DNA of 64,000 bases from the human T2T-CHM13v2.0 reference genome, Homo sapiens, in assembly GCF_009914755.1 (NCBI RefSeq), contig NC_060935.1; one strand, given 5' to 3'. Shown piece by piece: positions 49,281-64,000 of the stretch (the stretch's first letter is position 1; every line of letters starts with the position of its first letter). A model generated the notes under the pieces. That model was not told where the DNA came from and did no database searches. It worked only from the letters and a program-made list of their open reading frames with translations. Made by a program: the position numbers and the translations under genes.

Positions 49281-52200
49281 ACTTCCAATCATTGCTTTTG
49301 CCCCTATCCTAAAGATTCCCCAAATGTCAATGGCGATGTATCCACATCATCTCCTGCCTCCTTCTCCTCTTCTGGCTCCCACTGTGGGGCAATCAGCCTT
49401 TTTGTTAGGACCTGACATGACCTTGGCCCCACAGCCCCCCTTCCCCGCCCCCTTGGCGCCTCTTGCCAGTCCCATTGCTGACGGAGGTCTGACGGGGGCA
49501 GAGATTGATGAGAATGAGAGGATCTCTGAGGCCACCTGTTTACTCTGCCGGCAGGCACACGCAGTGATTAACGGTGCACAATCGAGTTAGGACCTGAGCT
49601 CTGCAGCTGGAGGCCAGGGCAGGGAGAGGGGCCTGCCGCCTAGAGTTTCCGCTCCCTGGGGATCTTGGGGGTTTGCAAGAAGCCCCTCGAGGAGACCGAG
49701 AATGAGCAGTGCCCGGCCAGAGGGTATAGGGTGCATGTAGACAACCTTCCCTGTCCTACTTGCCCCCGCCCCCTTTCCACAGAGATAGTGGGGCTGGGCG
49801 TGTCTCAGCTCCAGACCTTGTCCAAGGAAGGAAGGAATGAAGGAAGGAGGAAGGAAGGCTTTTCCCAAAGGGCAACCTCTCAACAGGAAATGGTAGCAAT
49901 GCAGGGAGAGAGGGAGAAGCAGGGCTGTGTCCGTCTGGGGTTTGGATGGTGGGGGACAACTCTGTTTGGGCCCAAGCCTCCTCACTTGTATCCCTGTGTC
50001 TTTCCCCCAGGCGTGAACGACTTCTCTCTTGAGCACATGCCCATTCTGCTCTAGTTTTCTTGTTATAACAGCCTAGCCTGAAGGAACACATGAATAAAAG
50101 CCCAGCCCCAGCTGTAGCCCTCCTTATGGGGACCCTTTGTTCCCTTGCCCTGCATTCAGGGGACAGGTCACCAGAGTTTCACTAGTTTAAAAACCACACA
50201 GTGCAGCCCATAGCATGTCCTGCCTCCTCCAGATTGGTAATGAAGCTCCATCCTAAGGGTTCAGACTGGAGTCTATGCCCAGCACTGTGTTCAACATTGG
50301 GAAGGGAACAGGAGAAACCAGGGCCCAGAAACCATGGGGCTTATGAGCTTGTTGGGGAGACAAAATGATTTTGGGAAAGGTATTAGGGCACAGTGGAGCC
50401 CATGCATTTCCCAGGAACAGGATAAAAAGGTGAGGGAAGGTAGAAGGATGGTCAGTAGACGCTGGCCCTATGCAGAGGGTGCAGGCCTGCCCAGGAAGGG
50501 TGATCTGGTTTTGGAGGTTGTGTGGTATGTCAGGGCGCCAGACTGAGTCAAGTCGCGGGGCCCTGTCTAGCGCCTTGTAGAAGGAGTCATGGCCTCTCTC
50601 CCACCCTCAGTCTATTCTGTACTTGGAGTGGAGATGGAGGCAAAGTCGGACCTGGTAGCCTCAGTGGGCTCTCCCAGCTCTGATGTTCCTTGAAGATGGG
50701 ACACCTGGGGCTTGACTCTGTTCTGTGGCCTGGCAGATCCCTCCGTTCTCTGAGCTTCAGTTTCTCTGAAAGTAAAATGGGAACTCAGGCTAGCCCAGTG
50801 TTCCTCAGTCTATTTTGTGGAAGTTAGTGGGTGTTATTTATTTATTTTTTTAAAAAGTCCTCTGTGATGAAATGGGAAATTAATTAGGCTTTCTTTACTG
50901 CAGGAACCTCTCCGAGCAAATAAATGGCAAACATGTGTTGAGAGTCTCTGAGAGGCAAAGAGAACGATCAGCATTTCCCAAACTTATTTCTCCACAGGAT
51001 CTTTTTTTACATGGAGCGTCTCGTAGGACTGGCTTCTGAGGAACACAGGTGGGTCACTCTGGACTGGCTTATCTAGAAAACCTCCAGCTCTGATGTGATA
51101 GTTTTAGGCACCACCCGTCACCCATTCGGCCTCTACTCCTGCCCCCTTGAAGGATTCTTTTCCCTAGCCCCAGCCTTTCCCGGACACTGCCCACCTCTGG
51201 ATCCCTTACTGTACTCTCTTTAGGGAGCCCTTCCTGTGCCCGGCTTCCTATGACCTCCCTGGCTCAGCCCCCTAGAGGGCTCAACTTCATCCCGCTGCCC
51301 CTTCCCTGGTCCTTTCCAGTTCCCAGAGGACCTGAGGGGCACTGTCTGGGCTCTTCTGGTAGGGTCAGTGTGACAGCTACCCTCAGCCCCAGTATGTGGT
51401 TTTCTGGTTCCTAATCCCAGGCCCTAGTCCCAAATTTCCTAGGCTCAGCTTCAAGCCTCCCTCTTTAGCCCTCAATCAACAGACCTCATTCCCTATCCCC
51501 TACATGAGGCCTCTAGCCCCAAGTCTCCTGGTTCCCAGCTCCAGGCTCCTGCACCTTAATCTGCAGCTCCAAGCCCTAGTCCCACTGCCCACCCGTGGTG
51601 TCCAGCCTTCCTCTCCAGAGCAGTTTCTGAGATTCTGGGTTCTAGGGGGTTAATAGGCAGCCTCTTTCCTCTCTCCAGCTGCAGCTGCAACCTACTTGGT
51701 TTTTGGGCCTGAGCCAGGGGCCTGGGCCAGAGGAGAGCAATTGAGCACCCTGGCTGAGTGAGGGGTGAATCTCAGGAGTTGAGGACAACTATTTAGAGTA
51801 ACACTGCCTCCAACCCCCAAGCCTGGTTCAAGGTAAGGGAACCCCTTAGAGGCAAAATTACAGATTATGAACAGAAAATGCTAATGAGATAAATGGTGGG
51901 AGGCGGGGGTTGGGGCCAAGGGCAGGGTAAGGAGAAGACAGGAGAGGGATGGGGGTGGTAAGCCTGGTTCAGCTTGGTTCAGTCCTGAGATGGTGCTGAG
52001 GATAGGGCCTGCCACAGGGTGTCCTAGCTGGGGAATCTCTAAAGAACCATTTTACAGATGGGGAAGCTGAGGCCCTGTAATTTGCCAAAGGCTCCCTCCT
52101 AGGGAGGAGGGGCTATTGCCCCTGCCTCTGTGTTCTTCTCTTTTTTCTTCTTGCCTCCAGTTTCCAGATGTTAGTGGCCAGTGCCCAACCCAAAATTGTC

Positions 52201-52526
52201 TCCTCATATCATGATCTCAATGTGCAGTTTCCAAAATGCTTTTTCTTCAGCACCTCCTCCTTCTAGAAATCCTTGCTGTGCTCAGCCTCTGGGGACACCC
52301 CGTCTTGGGTCTCTTCCTACTCCCCTGGCTGTTGTTCCACATTCTCCTTTGCTGATGTTCCTCACCATCCTGCTCTGAACTTTGGAGTGTCTGGGCTCAG
52401 CATTTTTTTTTTTTTTGAGTCGAAGTCTTGCTCTGTCGCCCAGGCTGGAGTACAGTGGCATGATCTCTGCTCACTGCAACCTCCACCTCCCGGGTTCAAG
52501 CAATTCTTCCTGCCTCAGCTTCCTGA

Positions 52527-52736
<210 letters not shown>

Positions 52737-52749
52737 TGAGCTTATGCCA

Positions 52750-53490
52750 CCCACACACTGATGACTCCCAAATGTATATGTCTAGCCCAGGCTCTCTTCT
52801 GAACACCAGTCTTGTCTATCCAATATTTCCTCATCTGTAAAATGGGAATCATAATAGCTCTACATCCTAGGGCCATGATGAGGATTAAATGAGTTTAGAC
52901 GTGGAAAGTGTTAGAAAAATGCTTGGCTCAGAGTGAGCTCTACGGCTGGAGCTATGCTTATTATTACCACTGTCATTAGTGCTGCCTGCCAGCTCCATTT
53001 GGATGTGTAGAATCATCTCAGTCATGACTCATCCCAAACCCCAAACATGCTCTATCCGCAGCCTTGCCCATCTCAGCAGGTGGCAACCCTGTCCTTTCAG
53101 TAGCTCAGGCCAAAAACCTTGGAGTCACCCTTGACTCTGTTCTTTCTCTCACATGCCAAATCTAATCCATTAGAAAATCCTCTTGTCTTTTCCTTAAATA
53201 CATCCGGAGTGCAACCACTGTGATTTTGCTAGTGTTGTCTCTCACCTGGATTACTGTCTCAGGCCCTTTTGATATGTAAGTTACATCATGTCTCTCCTCT
53301 GTTCAAAATGCTCTAACGACTCTCCAGCTTTCTCAGAATAAAGCGTCAGTTCCCACAGGAGCAGCTCCTGCTTCCTCCTGAGCCTCGTTTCCTACCACTG
53401 ACTCCTCACTGCTCTGCCCCAGCCACACTGGCCTTGCGGTTCCAAGAACCTACCAAGCACTTTCCTGCCTCAAGGACTTTGTGCTAGTGT
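52750..53490 (+). mobile_element. L2 fragment(s) with an embedded MIR
   Basis: GATGACTCCCAAAT...CTCAGGCCAAAAACCTTGGAGTCACCCTTGACTC...CAGCCACACTGGCCTT L2 hallmarks. Confidence 0.75.
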
Positions 53491-53685
53491 TATCTTTGGC
53501 TAGGTAATAGTAAACAAACCATCAGGATTCTACAAGATAAAGATTATGATAGAGATCATGCAAAGGTTTGGGAGTTGGGGCAGTGGGCACATAGAGAGGA
53601 GCCCAGAGAGCCTGGCCCTAGCCATTCATAAAAGTCACTGAATGTCCCTTAAGCAGTGGGCAGCCGAGGAAGGTATGTGTGCAGG

Positions 53686-54237
53686 GCAGGGTTGGGACTA
53701 GGGTGGGGTGAGGTGCAAATTTAAGAGGGTGCTAAAAAACTCAACAATTATGATGAATAATATTTTAATGTAGTATTTTAAAAATCAAAATTAATGCAAA
53801 AGTTCATGATGAATAAAATATCAAACTTTCAATTAAAGACTGGATCAGGGCCAGGCGTGGTGGCTCATGCCTGTAATCCCAGCACTTTGGGAGGCTGCGG
53901 TGGGCAGATACAAAGTCAGGAGTTTGAGACCAGCTTGGCCAACATGGTGAAACCCCATCTCTACTAAAAATAGAAAAGAATCAGCTGGGCGTGGTGGCAG
54001 GTGCCTGTAATCCCAGCTACTCAGGAGGCTGAGGCAGGAGGATTGCTTGAACCCTGGGTGTGGGGGGAGCGGGGGCAGAGGTTGCAGTGAGCCGAGATGG
54101 TGCCACTTGGCTCCAGCCTGGGTGAAAGAGCGAAACTCCGACTCAAAAAAAAAGAGACTGGATCATGCAGGGCTCAGACAGGAGAGGTAAGTCCATTGCT
54201 TCACTGCTTCACTCACTCTACGCTAGTCTTGGCCCTA
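53686..54237 (+). mobile_element. MER96B-like element interrupted by an Alu (53849-54153)
   Basis: GGGACTAGGGTGGGGTGAGGTGCAAATTTAAG...AATATTTTAATG...; Alu TSD AGACTGGATCA. Confidence 0.65.
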
Positions 54238-54385
54238 GACGGCAGGCCAGTGACTCAAGATCCTTCTGGGGTCATGGGAGGATGGACTGGACAGGGACAC
54301 CAAACAATGGGCCAGGAAGAAATTAGGTGGAGAAGCCTGGCCCAGGGGATGGCAGTGGGCTGGACAAGACGTTTCTGGTGTGTGA

Positions 54386-54601
<216 letters not shown>

Positions 54602-56142
54602 TAGCCAGGATGGTCTCGATCTTCTGACCCCGTGATCCACCCACCTCGGCTTCCCAAAGTGCTGGGATTACAGGCGTGAGGCACCGCGCCCCGCCTGTAT
54701 TAGCGAGTCTTGGTGAGGTAATGGACAGAAACTCTGTGCTTGGTGGTGGTGCAAGTTTGGCTGAGAGGCAGTTAAAAACCAGGGAAGGGCGGGGCATCAG
54801 GGACAGGGGTGGGGCCACGTGGAGGAAAGGGCACTCACCTGGCTCACGTTGAGGACTGCCCTGAATCAGCCATCCGATCAGGAAGCCACCTGCAGCAGGT
54901 GGAGAAGCTGAGAGAGAAGGCCGTTCAGATCCTTGCATTCTCAGCTGAGGCAGGACCGGGGGAATGAGGCCTCTAGATTGACCCTGGCAATAGGGTCTCA
55001 GGGGCAGCACCAAGGCCGAGAGGTGGGGGGTTGGGGGGTGGGTCAGAGCCACGTTTAGGTTCTGAAGGCTGGGCTGGTAGATTGGGGGTTGTCAGGCCAA
55101 GGCTAGGAGATGGGATCAGGGCAAGGAAGCGGGGTGGGTCTGGAGACTGAATCTAGCACCTGTCCAGTACCTGTGTGTTGGGTTAGCCTTAGCATGGTTG
55201 CCCCCTTCCCCTGCAGGGCCAGGTGTGGGTCATGCCAGCCCTCTTCCTCCTCTCCTTGGGGCTGGGACAGTGCATGCCTGTCTCTGGATGTGGCTGGAGT
55301 CAGGCTCCTAGGACCAGGGCAGGGTCTCATTAGCCCAGAGCAGGCCTTGGGTGGGCAGATGGACCTGATGAATGGTTAACTGTTGCGCTGGGCAGCCACA
55401 GCTTGCATCCCACCCCACTCTGGCCACTCTGCAGTCCCTGCCAGAGCACCTCATGGCCTGCACCCTCAGGTCCTTCCTGATGTGAGCAGCAGAACAGGCA
55501 CTGGGCATCCTGGGTTCTGTCCTGGACTGCACATCGTGGCTGTCCTTCATCCTGCTCATGTGGTCTCCCCAGTGCCATCAGCACTGGCTCCTACCAGCCC
55601 AGGAAGGGCAGGGAGGGGTTGGGGAGGAGGCAAGACCTGAGGATGGAGGATGGAGGAGATCAGACCTCAGGCACTCTCCCGGCTGTTTTTCCTTCTGGGG
55701 CCTCACTACTGCCAGCCTAGGGCTCTCTAGAGGCAGATTACCGAAAAGTCCAGAAGTGCTACAGAAAAGTCCAAAAGTGCAACAGAAAAGCTAAGGTTAG
55801 CTGGGGGGTTGAACTTCCTGGGCAAAGGCCCAGATGTAAGGTGGCAAACTGCTCCTGCAGCCAGGATCTGGCCTAGGGAGGAGGGGCTATTGCCCCCTCC
55901 CTCTGCATTCTTCTCTCCTTTCTTCTTACCTCCTGTTTCCAGATGTTTGCACCTGCCTCAGGGAGGGGAAGAGCCTCAAACAAAGCCTCCTTATTGGCTG
56001 CCTTCATTTTAGTTCCTTTTACCCTTCCAGGAAAGACTGAAGTGGGAGGAGGAGGAGCAAAGACACATAACGTTTTTCTCTATCACCAAAAGAAAACCTT
56101 TAAGGGAGCAGAGAAAATGGCAAGAAAGGTAAGGAGTAAGGG

Positions 56143-56182
56143 GTGTGTGTGTGTGTCTGTGTGTGTGTGTGTGTGTGTGTGT
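56143..56182. repeat. (GT)n microsatellite
   Basis: Direct reading, one interruption. Confidence 0.95.
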
Positions 56183-56289
56183 ATACACATCCCTGAATTC
56201 TGCCAAGCCAACTCTCCAGGTTCAAGTGTATCTCCTAGCCTTCCTCACCTTGAGGATAATGCTATTACTTACCTTATAGGTTATTGAGG

Positions 56290-57230
<941 letters not shown>

Positions 57231-57316
57231 CTGAAGGACATTTTGAACCAAAGGTTGACTAATGTGAAGTGGCCACTATGTATGGGCCGGAGGGGAACAA
57301 TGGGATAAATTGTGCA

Positions 57317-57585
57317 TTTTTTTTTTTTTTTAAGAGACAGGGTCTTGCTGTGCTGCCCATGCTGGAGAGCAGTGGCTGTTCACAGGTGTGATCCCACTAC
57401 TGATCAGCTCTGTTTCTGACCTGGGGCAGTTCATCCCTCCTTAGGCAACCTGGTGGTCCCCTGCTTGGAGGAGGTCATCATGCCGAGCTTAGTGCAGACA
57501 CCCCATCAGCATAGTGCTTAGAACTCCTGGGCCCAAGAGATCCTCCTGTCTCAGCCTCCCAAGTAGCTGGGACTAGAGGCCTGGC
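57317..57585 (-). pseudogene. 7SL (SRP) RNA retropseudogene with poly(A) tail
   Basis: Contains the non-Alu S-domain in reverse (CCCACTACTGATCAGC, CCTCCTTAGGCAACCTGGTGGTCCCC, ATGCCGAGCTTAGTGCAGACACCC); T-run at 57317-57331; several internal deletions. Confidence 0.93.
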
Positions 57586-57597
57586 TCCATAGTTACT

Positions 57598-57837
57598 TTT
57601 AATAAAGTGGTCTTGGGTGGGTCTGGCCAGGAGTGTAGGGCCCATGGGAAGCATTTCTCTGAGACCTTACAGGCCCTGCCCTCTACTGGCTGCCATTTCT
57701 GCATCCACCTCCTGGCATGGATATCCAAGAGATACAGGGCTCCTCCTCTCCACCCTCTGCTCCTTCTCAGTCCTCAGGAGGCTTGGAGTGGGACCATCTG
57801 CTGTTCCTGTTGCTGCTGCCCCAGTTTCTCTTTCCAC
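57598..57837 (-). pseudogene. SLC22A6-like terminal exon copy: C-terminal tail, stop, 3'UTR and ATTAAA
   Basis: cttccctcccag|G TGG AAA GAG...; reads (R)WKEKLGQQQQEQQMVPLQAS* with TGA at 57776-57774, resembling OAT1 RKGKQTRQQQEHQKYMVPLQAS...; ATTAAA on - at 57603-57598. Confidence 0.85.
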
Positions 57838-58124
57838 CTGGGAGGGAAGGAGAAGCAGCGTTCAGGAGTAGAGTTGGGGGTTTCTTTTTAGGTGTCTGTG
57901 CTCAGTTGTCCTACTTTATATCCAAAGCCACCCACTATTTCCAAGAGCTGAGAGTCTCAGGGAGGTTTCCTGGGACTCAGCCAATGTGTGAGAATAGGAT
58001 TCAGGGGGCCTGGATTTCAGCCTTGACTCCATCAGGGACCAGCTGCATGACCCTGGCTAAGTCCCTGCTCTCCTGTGGTCTGGCCTTTTATGACAAAAGA
58101 AGCTTGGGGGAGGGTGCAGCCCAC

Positions 58125-58336
58125 CTTCTCTCCAGGTCCTTCACCTTTTCACCATGTTGGGCAGTGGCTGGCCAAGGGTCTCTGGCAGGAGGACAGTGAT
58201 GATACTGGCAGCCACAGGGACCACACTATAGATAAATAGAGGCAGAGAAGGGTAGAACTCAGCAGCCATGTCCACCAGTAGGCTTAGGATGGTGCCACCA
58301 TTGGTCACAGTTGTTGTCATGCTCAGACCCCTCTGC
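58125..58336 (-). pseudogene. SLC22A6 (OAT1)-like penultimate exon copy (TM11-TM12, PETLGQPLP motif) carrying an 8-nt duplication
   Basis: ccttcccatag|G CAG AGG...; translates [63 protein letters not shown], clearly SLC22/OAT1-like; donor AGAAG|gtgggc at 58125/58124. Confidence 0.9.
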
Positions 58337-58875
58337 CTATGGGAAGGAGGAGCACCTTGGTGAGGACCGTGGGACTTGTGGGTGCCCTTACACTGCCTGC
58401 CACCCTGGCTTCCTCTTTTCACATTTGCTACAGGGTCAAATGATTGCATTTAATTTAGCTAAAACGAAAGGGGGAGCAAATGATTTTGGACCTGAGAAGT
58501 CTAGGTTCCAGTTCTAATCTGAATTTACTGTGTGACTGTGAACAAATTCTCAACCAACCTGTCTCTCCAGCTCCAGGCTACATATCAAGCTACTCTACAT
58601 CTTCATTTGGATGTCTAAAAGGCCTCTCAAATTTTATATGGTCAAGGAACTCTTTATTTCTTCCTCCAAGCTTGCTCCTCCCCCAGACTTCCCCATCTTA
58701 GTAAATGGCACTTCTAACCACCTACTTGCTCAAGCTCAAGTATCTAGGAATTATCCTTGATGCCTCCTGTTCCCTTATTTTTCTACATCCAAAATAGAAA
58801 TTTGGATAGCTGTTCCTCCCAAACTCACACAGGGTTAGTTCCCTTCTCTCTATCTCTACAACCTCTGTCCACCAC

Positions 58876-59244
58876 TGATATGGTTTGGGTATGTCCCCAC
58901 CCAAATCTCATCTTGAATTGTAACTCTCATAATTCCCATGTGTCATGGGAGGAACCCAGTGGGAGGTAATTGAATCATGGGGGCGGGTCTTTCCTGTGCT
59001 GTCTTTATGAGAGTGAATAAGCCTTACCAGATCTGATGGTTTTAAAAACATGAGTTTCCCTGCACAAGCTCTCTTTTTGACTGCTGTCATCCATGTAAGA
59101 CATGACTTGCTCTTCCTTGCCTTCCACGATGATTATGAGGCCTCCCCAGCCATGTGTAACTGTAAGTCCATTAAACCTCTTTCTTTTGTAAATTGCCCAG
59201 TCTTGGCTATGTCTTTATCAGCAGCATGAAAATCAACTAACACA
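58876..59244 (+). mobile_element. THE1 (THE1A/B-like) MaLR solo LTR inserted in an L2
   Basis: TGATATGGTTTGG...CCCACCCAAATCTCATCTTGAATTGTA...CATTAAACCTCTTTCTTTTGTAAATTGCCCAGTC...GTCTTTATCAGCAGC. Confidence 0.92.
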
Positions 59245-59430
59245 AACATGTCACTTCAAGTGATTTTCACCTCTTGCCTGTACTATTGCAGTAGCCTCCT
59301 GACAGTTCTTCCCATTTCTACTGTTGGCCTTGACCCTGACTCCCTGGCCCCACCCCATTCTCTATGCAGAAGCCAAAGTGTTCTCTTAAAAATTAAAACC
59401 ATAATTCAGATCATTTCACCCTCTGCTTAA

Positions 59431-63660
<4,230 letters not shown>

Positions 63661-64000
63661 TGCTTTTTGGTGCTTTTAAGGTTATCTTTTCCTTACTATC
63701 TTTCTAGCTCCTTGGTGCTTTTAAGGTTATTTAAAAATATACCTTTTTTTGGGATGATTTTCGGTGTAATTTTGTTATTTTAATGGAAATAGAAATCCTT
63801 TTTCTAATCAATTTCCAGAAATTCTTTATAAATTCTGAATACAAATCCTTGTAAATTCTGTCTTTTACTCTTTTCACCTTATATATAGTAAAACAGATGA
63901 CCCAAATTAAAACACTTTAAAGTAGAAAAATTTATCAATTTTTTTTTTTGCTACCACTTTTTATGTCTTAAATTCTCCTCCCTTCAGCAGGAATTCATTT

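Noticed and set aside
55217-55610. Protein-looking + strand frames (MPALFLLSLGLGQC...; LATLQSLPEHLMACTLRSFLM*AAEQ...) after a CAG acceptor
   Set aside because: Interrupted by stops and not assignable to any family I know; cannot support a pseudogene call without TBLASTX.
58337-58449. N-terminal 38 aa of the 102-aa ORF containing the SLC22-like segment
   Set aside because: Intronic sequence upstream of the acceptor at 58337; only the part from RQRGLSM onward is SLC22-like.

Overview
This is human (primate) genomic DNA that I recognise as the 11q12.3 SLC3A2-CHRM1 interval, on the side facing SLC22A6. The + strand carries all nine coding exons of the 529-aa SLC3A2 (4F2hc/CD98hc) isoform (2410-10074), with its CpG-island promoter, intron-1 enhancer and poly(A) signal. 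The - strand carries CHRM1: a single coding exon (31078-32460), a non-coding exon 1 near 42577-42720, and a poly(A) signal at 30058-30063. Two CpG islands without an obvious gene lie upstream of CHRM1. The rest is dense in Alu, L2, MIR, L1M, LTR and DNA-transposon remnants, plus a 7SL retrocopy. The most notable unexplained structure is a duplicated pair of SLC22A6/OAT1-type terminal exons on the - strand (about 57600-58336), with intact splice sites and poly(A) signal. Its 8-nt frameshifting duplication also creates a new in-phase splice donor, so the cassette could in principle supply an alternative, open C-terminus. Most ORF-track entries are Alu-derived or GC-rich shadow ORFs. Repeat coordinates and family names are by eye and approximate.
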